From IMG/VR virus record IMGVR_UViG_3300025598_000045: a stretch of 60,715 bases of DNA; one strand, written 5' to 3'. The notes below the pieces were generated by a model. The model saw only the letters and a program-made list of their open reading frames with translations. It was not told the DNA's origin and did not search any database. Below are positions 29,443 to 36,567 of this stretch, in pieces (the first letter of the stretch is position 1; each line of letters opens with the position of its first letter). The translations under genes were made by a program, and so were the position numbers. The stretch is from an uncultured virus (IMG/VR IMGVR_UViG_3300025598_000045). Taxonomy: Duplodnaviria; Heunggongvirae; Uroviricota; Caudoviricetes.

Positions 29443-29627
29443 TATTCTTCTCCAAAATACCCTGTTGTGTCATCGGTAATAAGTTCAACTTCTTCTATGT
29501 TAAGATTGCCCTCATCCCAGTCATTGTCTGGTAACTGCTCGGCAATCTGGAGTGCATCATCACCGTCTATGGCAATAACTTCCACACTGTAAACTCGGGT
29601 TGCTGTAACTCTGTAGACCTTTTTCAT
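29442..29627 (-). CDS. Small acidic hypothetical protein
   Basis: Coupled ORF; D/E-rich. Confidence 0.6.
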   Translation of the reverse strand: MKKVYRVTATRVYSVEVIAIDGDDALQIAEQLPDNDWDEGNLNIEEVELITDDTTGYFGEE

Positions 29628-29628
29628 G

Positions 29629-29925
29629 TCAAATATCCTTATCAGTTAGGAGAATAGCCGCGCCAACTGTTGGCGGTGTGATTTCAGTTTCCGTGACATA
29701 AACCCATTCATCCCACCGGCCACCCGATAAAATGAACAAAGTGCTTCCAGCTATGTTTTCCTGTTTAAGGTTTGCTGATTCACCCGCGTCAATTTCATGC
29801 TCAAAACAATACTCGGCATAAATCTCTTGAACACAGATCAAGGCATCTTTTTCATTGGTAAATGATTGGACAGTAGGGTGATCCATTATTTCAACTTCAC
29901 TGATAACATTCCAAACGGTTTTCAT
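29629..29925 (-). CDS. Hypothetical protein
   Basis: RBS GGAG; coupled. Confidence 0.55.
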   Translation of the reverse strand: MKTVWNVISEVEIMDHPTVQSFTNEKDALICVQEIYAEYCFEHEIDAGESANLKQENIAGSTLFILSGGRWDEWVYVTETEITPPTVGAAILLTDKDI

Positions 29926-30161
29926 TGTGCTTCTCCCATATCAGCAGCTAAAATGGTTTCTTGTGAACCATTGGCGTTACTAATCCTGATAATTTTCCAT
30001 GACACAACACGCTGATTCAGCCATTTGCCCAGCATAAATACAACATCGGAAATGTCGTGAGAAAAGTAGGTTGTTTCGTCACCGTTTTCAAAGGTGACCT
30101 CGGTTATGTAAAAGTATGGTTTCATTTTAGCACTTCCTATTGGTTGGTATTGGTATTTCAT
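29922..30161 (-). CDS. Hypothetical protein (probably leaderless)
   Basis: ATG 7 nt after the -10 box of the promoter at 30169-30197. Confidence 0.55.
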   Translation of the reverse strand: MKYQYQPIGSAKMKPYFYITEVTFENGDETTYFSHDISDVVFMLGKWLNQRVVSWKIIRISNANGSQETILAADMGEAQ

Positions 30162-30168
30162 GAATCAC

Positions 30169-30197
30169 ATTTAACATGACAATCTGTCATGCGTCAA
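30169..30197 (-). promoter_or_regulatory. Promoter whose whole 17-bp spacer is the operator CATGACAGATTGTCATG
   Basis: TTGACG-17-TTAAAT on the minus strand. Confidence 0.75.
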
Positions 30198-30468
30198 CTG
30201 ATATTTTGGCGGCTGGTTTTGGCAAGGTTAATTTTGTATTTCCGTTTTCTAAAATACCAAATGATTTTACCAAATGGTTTTGAAAATTCGGAAATAATTT
30301 CCCGTAATTTTTTCCATGGTGCGGGCGCGTGTCACCGCGTGTCAAATTACAAAAAATTTTTGTAAAATTATAATTTTTATTTGCGCGTCTCATTGTGTCG
30401 GACTCCTGTGGATAAATATTTAAGGGGATTCTTGGTATACCAGATACCAGAGATTAAAAGGCCGTGAA

Positions 30469-30500
30469 AAAGCCCCGCGCCAATGAAGGGCGGGGCCTTG
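30469..30500 (-). terminator. Probable terminator after the AAA operon
   Basis: GCCCCGC...GCGGGGC stem with A-run on the left (U-tail on minus strand). Confidence 0.55.
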
Positions 30501-30503
30501 TGG

Positions 30504-30800
30504 TCAATATTCGGAAGGCGTCAAGATAGTCGTGGCGGACCTGTCCGCTTCCGTGATGACCCATACAGTGAACCCTTCGGATATATTATAAGCCGACAAA
30601 AGCCGCGCCCCGTGGATTAGGGCTTGTTCATTAGACTCCCAGTCTTCCGCACACAATGCGCCCCAGTCTCCCGCCATATGACGGAACAGCAAGTCAAAAG
30701 CATTTGGAAGACCGCCCAGCGCATTGTCAGCTTCTGGGGTTATAAGAATCTGCCCCAGCGGAAAGCGGGGCTTCTGGCTGTCAGGATATAGCATAAGCAA
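30504..30800 (-). CDS. 'Plasmid-related' conserved hypothetical protein
   Basis: FPLG...RH..GDWG.L..ED...N..AL..G.RL.S.Y...WVITEADRS.TTIL.P.EY signature. Confidence 0.7.
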   Translation of the reverse strand: MLMLYPDSQKPRFPLGQILITPEADNALGGLPNAFDLLFRHMAGDWGALCAEDWESNEQALIHGARLLSAYNISEGFTVWVITEADRSATTILTPSEY

Positions 30801-30928
30801 GACTCCTTTGTTGTGGTCCTATTGCGGACCCATAACCCGCTATTGCGGGGGGGGACTTGTGCCCCATGAACAAGACCGCAAGCGGGTCTTGTTGGTGCGC
30901 CACAAGGGAAGGGGAAGAAGGGGGGGCT

Positions 30929-31786
30929 TTATGCCCCCACAAGCTGTAAGGGCGGGAAGTCCGCAAAGCGGTCCGCAAGCTGTTCTGATATTATGGGGAC
31001 CATAGCTTTAAAAGCGGACAAGGGATTCCTTAATTCTGGACCCCCTTGCTTAAATTGCTGGGGTCCAGCCAGCTTTATAAAGTCTTCCATCTCTGTTTTA
31101 TCTGGGACTCTGGGAGTCCCATAACCCCCAGCCCAGCGGGACCCGTCCAGACAAGACTCCATGATTCCGAATCCGATTCTTCTTAAAAAAGCCGCATGAC
31201 ACAGACAAAACGCGAGTCGGTCTAAGTCCAGCGGGTCTTGTGCTTCTTTTAGCTTAATGGTGAACAGCGCTTTTTCTTCCCCATTACGGAAATAAAAGCC
31301 CCCTGTTATTTCACAGCGGAAGTCAGCGGACTCCAGTGCGTCTATGATTCCCAGAAGTCCAGCGCCATAAGCGCGAATCTCTTTTGCTTCATAGCGCCAT
31401 GACACAGCACAAGACACAGCAAGCCGCACTATGGGGCGGACCCGTTCAGACATAGGGGCTGGACAGACCATAGACAGGGGATCACCAGAAGCCGCAAGTG
31501 CTGGGACAGGATAAGCCCCAGCAACGTCCAGAGAATAAGCTGGACCCCTGACAAGGGAAGGGGAAGCCGCTAAGGACTCAAGACTCTGGACCATAGACTT
31601 GCGCCCCTGTTCCCAGCCATGACGCGCAAGCTGGACCGCTTCCGCAATAGACCCGACTCCAGAGAAGTCGGAGTCTTCATTACGGGAAGCGCGTTTTGCG
31701 GTCCCCCATGCTGAACCCGCTTCCCCTTCCGCCACAGACAAAGCCGCGCCAAGGGAGTCGTAATGTTTTGTGATATATTTTGACAT
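30929..31786 (-). CDS. Putative vWA-like partner of the MoxR-type AAA ATPase
   Basis: Directly downstream of the AAA gene; alpha/beta pattern (inference). Confidence 0.55.
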   Translation of the reverse strand: MSKYITKHYDSLGAALSVAEGEAGSAWGTAKRASRNEDSDFSGVGSIAEAVQLARHGWEQGRKSMVQSLESLAASPSLVRGPAYSLDVAGAYPVPALAASGDPLSMVCPAPMSERVRPIVRLAVSCAVSWRYEAKEIRAYGAGLLGIIDALESADFRCEITGGFYFRNGEEKALFTIKLKEAQDPLDLDRLAFCLCHAAFLRRIGFGIMESCLDGSRWAGGYGTPRVPDKTEMEDFIKLAGPQQFKQGGPELRNPLSAFKAMVPIISEQLADRFADFPPLQLVGA

Positions 31787-31796
31787 GACAGCCCCC

Positions 31797-33176
31797 TTAA
31801 GCGCTTATTTTCTGGCGGGAGTCAGCGTCCAGCCCTTTAAACAAGACCGCTTCTTTAATGTCCTTCACGTCCCAGCCAGCACTGAATAAGCGGACCCCCA
31901 TGACAGAAGCGCGGGGGCTGACAATGTGGCGAATCCCGTTTGACTCAATGGACTTCCGCGCTTCTGTCACAGTGTCCAGCCAGCGCTTTGCAAAAGTCTG
32001 AATCTCCCCTAGGCTTCTGGGCTTTATGCTGGGGGGCTTTGGGGCATTATCTGGCGCGTCCAGCCCTATAAGCGCGGCTTCCAGTGCGAGATCATAGTCC
32101 CATGTGAGAGTCGCATAACGGTCCAAAGCCGCGCTGTCTTGCTGTGTGCGTCCCACATACTGGCGGGAAGCCCCGCCTCCGAAAGTATTACAAGCCGCAA
32201 TAGCATAGAAGGACCGATTGCGTTTCACGACTCCGTCTGAAAAGTCCATGTGGCCATTGCTTAAAGCCGCATTAAAAGACAGAACAGCGGCTGGGCTGGA
32301 AGCGTCCATCTCGTCAAATAAAAAGACTCCGCCATTTTCATAGGCTTCACGGAATGGGGTCCGCACTGTGCGCCCTTGTGCGTCTATGAACCCTGTCAGT
32401 TTATAGGGGCTGTCAATTGCGCCAGTAAAATAAAACGGAACCCCCAGCGCTTCCGCTGTCTGGTCCGCCGCTGTGGTCTTCCCGCTTCCCGCTGGTCCTA
32501 CTAGCATGACATTGACTCCCGCTGACACAGCGGAAACTAACAAAGGCGCTTTATGGTGAAGCAAGACCCCTTCTTTAAAGCGGGGCGCTTCATGGGTCCG
32601 CAAGTCTATAGTTACTGTGGAAGCGCGGGGCGCGTACTTGTCAATAAGGTTTATGACTTGAGTCTCTGTTAGTCCCCCTTGTTTCCCTTGTCCCAGTGCT
32701 TCAGCTAAGTCCGCCAAAAGCTGTGCTGGGTCTTTTTTGTCTGTCACGACTGGCGCGGGGGCTGGGCTTGGGACTTTACCAGAGTCCCGCTTTGCTTCCC
32801 CAGCTTCCACAATGGCGCGGACTCTATTGAATTGCGCTTCCGTCATGCGGGAGTCTTGCTTGTCTTTACAAGTCATGAGAATCCCAGCGGCTTTGTTCAT
32901 ATCCTCATATGACATCGCCCAGAGCGGGATTTCATTAAAGCGCCTATTGAGGGAAGCACAGAAGTCTGGGTCATAAGGGCGGGGCTTTGCTTCTTTACTT
33001 GTCCCATAGTCCGCTGGGTCTATGCCCAATTCATGCGCGGCTTTTAGCATGTCTTCCACAGACATAGCGGAAGCTGTGACATTGTTAACCGTCCTGTATA
33101 AGTCCCATGCTGGGGCGCTTGTCAGGGCTTTGCGGAAGTCGGACCGCTGTTCGGCTGTGAAGGAATAGCTTGTCAT
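31797..33176 (-). CDS. MoxR/CbbQ/CobS-type AAA+ ATPase
   Basis: GPAGSGKT, FLFDEMD, AACNT, DSAALDRY, SPR; likely start MTSYSF at 33176. Confidence 0.88.
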   Translation of the reverse strand: MTSYSFTAEQRSDFRKALTSAPAWDLYRTVNNVTASAMSVEDMLKAAHELGIDPADYGTSKEAKPRPYDPDFCASLNRRFNEIPLWAMSYEDMNKAAGILMTCKDKQDSRMTEAQFNRVRAIVEAGEAKRDSGKVPSPAPAPVVTDKKDPAQLLADLAEALGQGKQGGLTETQVINLIDKYAPRASTVTIDLRTHEAPRFKEGVLLHHKAPLLVSAVSAGVNVMLVGPAGSGKTTAADQTAEALGVPFYFTGAIDSPYKLTGFIDAQGRTVRTPFREAYENGGVFLFDEMDASSPAAVLSFNAALSNGHMDFSDGVVKRNRSFYAIAACNTFGGGASRQYVGRTQQDSAALDRYATLTWDYDLALEAALIGLDAPDNAPKPPSIKPRSLGEIQTFAKRWLDTVTEARKSIESNGIRHIVSPRASVMGVRLFSAGWDVKDIKEAVLFKGLDADSRQKISA

Positions 33177-33230
33177 TATGGTATATCCTATGTTTTGAGA
33201 TAATGAATCGGGACTATTGCGCCCCGCTTG

Positions 33231-33269
33231 TTTATGGCACAGAAGCGGACAGCGTGTCAAATTGTCATG
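33231..33269 (-). promoter_or_regulatory. Promoter of the AAA operon with overlapping operator variant
   Basis: CATGACAAT-TTGACA then 18 nt to CATAAA on the minus strand. Confidence 0.6.
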
Positions 33270-33326
33270 TTTTAAAGCCTAACCCCTTGTGGTATATAGT
33301 AAAAGAAGGATTAAAGGGGGCTTGTC

Positions 33327-33968
33327 ATGGCTGGACGGAAGCAAAATAAACTAAGCGCGGAAGAAAAAGCACTGGCGCGGGATGAACGGAACAAAGCACA
33401 AGCGGAAGAAGAGTCCAAAGTCTGGGGGGAAATAAGGAAAAAAGCCGCTGACAATGTGGAAGTATACAAAGCAAAGCGCGGAAGACCCACAGTCATGACA
33501 GAAGAAGTCCAGACAGAGATTCTGGACAGGTTAACAGCGGGACAGTCTCTGTCCGCTATCTGTGCACTGGACCACATGCCTAACCCCAGCGTGCTATATT
33601 ATTTTATGGAAAGATCCCCTTCTTTTGCGGAAAAATACGCTCGCGCATGTGGGGGGCTTGCGACAATGCTGTTCATGGACGCGCTTGCCATAGCTGACAA
33701 CGACTCGCGGGACATTATCACGGACCCACAGACTGGGGAAATAATGCTGAACAACACAGCGGTCCAGCGTGACAGACTAAGGATAGACACACGCTTCCGC
33801 ATGGCAAGCAAGCTGTCAGGGAAATACGCTGACAAGCCTATTCTGGGGGACAATGCGACTGTGACAGTTAACACACTGTCTGTTAATGCGCGTGACATGG
33901 ACCCAGACAGTCGGGACAAGCTAAGGGCTTTGCTATTGCAAGCGCGTGACAATGCCACAGACGTTTGA
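33327..33968 (+). CDS. terS: Terminase small subunit (Sf6 gp1-like)
   Basis: GRPT...EILDRL..GQSL.AIC...MP...KYARA...IAD...RLRIDTR...SKL..KY. Confidence 0.85.
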   Translation: MAGRKQNKLSAEEKALARDERNKAQAEEESKVWGEIRKKAADNVEVYKAKRGRPTVMTEEVQTEILDRLTAGQSLSAICALDHMPNPSVLYYFMERSPSFAEKYARACGGLATMLFMDALAIADNDSRDIITDPQTGEIMLNNTAVQRDRLRIDTRFRMASKLSGKYADKPILGDNATVTVNTLSVNARDMDPDSRDKLRALLLQARDNATDV

Positions 33969-34434
33969 CATGACAATCTTTGTCATGGCCCTAGATGCCA
34001 CAAAAACGGCCCGCCAAGCCCCGCAATGACATGTCCGCACCCTTGATACCTAAAAAACAATGTTCTCCAAACGGACTCCTTTTGTTCCCGCTTTGTTCTT
34101 TTGGTAACATGTTAGTCTGCAATGGGTGACGTGCCATGGCGTGCCATACTTGAACCCCCTTGCAAGTGAAGCCTGTCCCATGCAATGAGACCGTGGCACA
34201 TGGTACGCCAGCGTCCCGTGATATGGGATTGTGGTATACCATGACAAATTACGCGCTTTGCATAATTTGTTTTTCCCGCGTTTCGGGATTCGTTTAAGGT
34301 ACCCTTTCCGTGCCATCCCCCATGCCACGCTAATAGAAGGCCGGGGCGGGTTCGGGTCCCTAATGCCCTCTTTCAAAATCTGCACAATTTTCAATTTTTG
34401 TTCAGAATCTAAACATGGGTCCCCTTTCCCTAGG

Positions 34435-34488
34435 CTGGTGTGTATATGGGGTTTGACTGGTGTGTATTGTCTATGGGCTGGTGTGTAT
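34435..34488. repeat. Three direct repeats CTGGTGTGTAT spaced 22 and 21 bp
   Basis: Copies at 34435, 34457, 34478. Confidence 0.85.
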
Positions 34489-34504
34489 TCCTGTATATGT
34501 AGGG

Positions 34505-34520
34505 TGTTTCATGTGAAACA
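34505..34520. promoter_or_regulatory. parS-like site TGTTTCATGTGAAACA
   Basis: 15/16 match to the chromosomal parS consensus TGTTTCACGTGAAACA; intergenic. Confidence 0.65.
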
Positions 34521-34702
34521 TTTGCCATGCTCCTGACAGCCGTGCCAGTGGTATACCGGCAAAGTTTAAGATTGTTTTGAATTATCAAGCACTTAGCTCA
34601 CGGGTCCCTTTTGCCCCATATATTCCCTTGGCTCGGTTGTTTTTAATTCCTGTTTTAGGTCCCATATACCCCGGAAAAATTTTTAAGTTTTTGTGAACTA
34701 TA

Positions 34703-34737
34703 CCCCCTTGCAAGTAGGATCAGTATGTGCTTATATG
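34703..34737 (+). promoter_or_regulatory. Promoter driving the structured RNA array
   Basis: CCCCC-TTGCAA(34708)-17-TTATAT(34731); unit 1 begins about 6 nt later. Confidence 0.65.
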
Positions 34738-34741
34738 CGGC

Positions 34742-35162
34742 ATCTGGTTACGAGTGGGAATTACCCGGTCGTCGTGATGCCAGAATATGGGGACCAATGC
34801 GTGAGGTTCCTGCATGACCCTGATACCGCTCACGTTTTGCGTGAGATGGTCGTGATGCAGGGCATCGCCCAGCACATTGACGATACTGGGCTGAACTAAA
34901 TGATCTGGCTACTCGTTCATAACCCGAGTCGTTCCGACTAATGCCAGACAGAGGGTGCCAAAGACGTGCGGTCCTCACCAAAGATATGATCTGGATACTG
35001 GGAGTGGGTTAACAACCTTCCTCCAAGTCGTAATGCCAGACGTGGGGGGTCATAGCGTGAAATCCTCCACCAGCGTTGTTGTGATTTGGATACCTACCAC
35101 CGTGTTGACCATGGATTGGGGTCGTAATGCCAGACATTTGGGCCAAAACGCGTGAAGCCCAA
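34742..35162 (+). ncRNA. Tandem array of five structured RNA units of unknown class
   Basis: Units start at 34742, 34815, 34901, 34987, 35082; consensus (TGA)TCTGG-NTAC-[hairpin]-GTCGTRATG-CCAGA then stem-CA..RCG(TGA)-stem; unit 2 has compensatory CCCTG/CAGGG. Confidence 0.75.
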
Positions 35163-35171
35163 CAATAATAT

Positions 35172-35204
35172 CCCCCTTGCAAGTGGGGTTAATATATGTA
35201 TAAT
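35172..35204 (+). promoter_or_regulatory. Sigma70-type promoter
   Basis: CCCCC-TTGCAA(35177)-16-TATAAT(35199). Confidence 0.75.
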
Positions 35205-35209
35205 GATTT

Positions 35210-35372
35210 TTGTAGCACTGGTAGAGGATTTCCCCTGCATCCGAGGTGGCAACGGGCAAGTGAGACAGTAAGGAAGTTGTCATGCTTTCTTGCTGATGGC
35301 ACTACAAGGTATGGTTCCGGTTTTTGCCAGTGTCCCCAATAGGGGTGTTTCACATTGACGGTGAAACCATAC
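35210..35372 (+). ncRNA. Two further structured RNA domains (sRNA or 5' leader)
   Basis: TTGTAG/CTACAA closing stem with CAGTAAGGAAG/CTTTCTTGCTG hairpin; then GTATGGTT/AACCATAC long hairpin enclosing CAGTGT/ACATTG and CCCC/GGGG. Confidence 0.55.
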
Positions 35373-35403
35373 AAGCCACTAATATTAACAATGGAGATAG
35401 CCA

Positions 35404-35676
35404 ATGGTTGGCGCAACAGATTTAGAAAAAGCACAAATGCAAATCAAATGGTTAAAACGCGACTTACGGCAAATATGCGTCAAAGCGTGGTTTATAAGCC
35501 CAAAACTGAAGAAGGCGCAAGACAATGTGCCAGCTTATTTTATTGAAGAACATGGTTTGACAGAGAAAGCTATCACTGAGGCTTATTTTCTAGGCCGACA
35601 AGATGGGCGGTTAACTATGGCACAAGCTATTGTGAAACGGCTCGGTCCAGAGGAGGAAGATGATGGACATTGTTGA
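35404..35676 (+). CDS. Hypothetical protein
   Basis: RBS GGAG. Confidence 0.55.
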   Translation: MVGATDLEKAQMQIKWLKRDLRQICVKAWFISPKLKKAQDNVPAYFIEEHGLTEKAITEAYFLGRQDGRLTMAQAIVKRLGPEEEDDGHC

Positions 35677-35875
35677 ACGGTTGCGGCGTTGGTCGCCCGA
35701 AGAAAGCACTCATGAACTGCATGAAGATGCCGCTGACGAAATTGAACGGCTGCGGGAAGAAAATAAAATGATGCAATATTATTTGCCTGAGAACATTAAC
35801 TTTGTAAGATGCAGTGAAGGTAAAGACCATTTCAGCTTTGAAATTGTTTATAAAGAGCTGGGAGAGGAAGAATGA
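35660..35875 (+). CDS. Hypothetical protein
   Basis: RBS GAGGA; DIVERLR...AADEIERLR pattern common in small phage ORFs. Confidence 0.6.
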   Translation: MMDIVERLRRWSPEESTHELHEDAADEIERLREENKMMQYYLPENINFVRCSEGKDHFSFEIVYKELGEEE

Positions 35876-35960
35876 TAGATGGCACGGTTGTCGGGCACTT
35901 CTTTGTTGTTCTTTGGGTGTTTATTCTTGTGTCTGAAATAATGGGTTGGGGTAAAGAAAA

Positions 35961-36167
35961 ATGAAAGCAATTCTTGGCGCGGATGAATGGTATCCAATGG
36001 CAGAATTAACGCCAGAAACGGATGAATGGTATACAAGGAAACTGAAAATTCAAGGATTACAAGTCATTGAAATTACTGAAGCAGAATATGAAACGTATAC
36101 GGCTGCATGTAAATTGGTGGAAGAAATGAGCTCAATGTTTTTTAGCAGGGAAACGCCTGAAGTTTAA
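35961..36167 (+). CDS. Hypothetical protein
   Basis: In-operon ORF. Confidence 0.5.
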   Translation: MKAILGADEWYPMAELTPETDEWYTRKLKIQGLQVIEITEAEYETYTAACKLVEEMSSMFFSRETPEV

Positions 36168-36190
36168 ATGTTACATGTAACAACCGCGCC

Positions 36191-36230
36191 AAAAAGAAAC
36201 CCCCGAAGTGCAATCCGGGGGTTTAAGTTT
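36191..36230. terminator. Bidirectional terminator
   Basis: AAACCCCCG...CGGGGGTTT between convergent genes. Confidence 0.7.
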
Positions 36231-36262
36231 ATCTTGAAAGGTAGTACCCGAATCAGAAGCTA

Positions 36263-36511
36263 TTACGCTTCTTCTTCATCCTCATCTTCCTCATAATCTT
36301 CATCCTCGTCAACTTCTTCTTCACAGTCGTCTTCGTCAGCGTCAATGAAGTCTGTGGACAGGAGAAGCTCGTCAACGGCGCGGTCAACGTAGTAGAGACG
36401 CGCATAAACATCATATTCCATAAAGTCGGCATCATAAGATACGGTAACAAATTCATCACCTGTTTCCTCATCATAATGAAGCAAAAGCGTACCAATAACT
36501 GTGGTGGACAT
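36263..36511 (-). CDS. Very acidic small protein
   Basis: RBS AGGAG; C-terminal ~25 residues almost all D/E. Confidence 0.65.
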   Translation of the reverse strand: MSTTVIGTLLLHYDEETGDEFVTVSYDADFMEYDVYARLYYVDRAVDELLLSTDFIDADEDDCEEEVDEDEDYEEDEDEEEA

Positions 36512-36567
36512 AACAGACTCCTGTCAAAGGGGGTGGACAGGAATGTTTTACCTACAGAGTATGACTT

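Noticed and set aside
34345..34362. tRNA (GGGTTCGGGTCCC is T-arm-like)
   Set aside because: No D arm, anticodon arm or acceptor stem could be built
34693..35155. ORFs 34693-34899, 34748-34981 and 34955-35155 as genes
   Set aside because: No RBS or protein motifs, and unit-to-unit variation preserves base pairing rather than a reading frame
34742..35162. CRISPR or TIGR guide array
   Set aside because: Repeats are degenerate, inserts vary in length and are self-paired hairpins, and no cas or Nop-domain gene is recognisable
34742..35162. Twister, HDV-like or hammerhead ribozymes
   Set aside because: TAATG resembles twister and HDV junction strands, but the required helices and conserved cores are missing and there is no CUGAUGA...GAAA core; a formal Rfam scan is still needed
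35290..35307. Fluoride riboswitch (GCTGATGGCACTAC resembles its 3' end)
   Set aside because: The 5' GGYGATGRNGTTCRCC element is absent
36169..36182. TGTTACATGTAACA as a second parS
   Set aside because: A 14-bp palindrome, two bases shorter than parS; single copy with no other support
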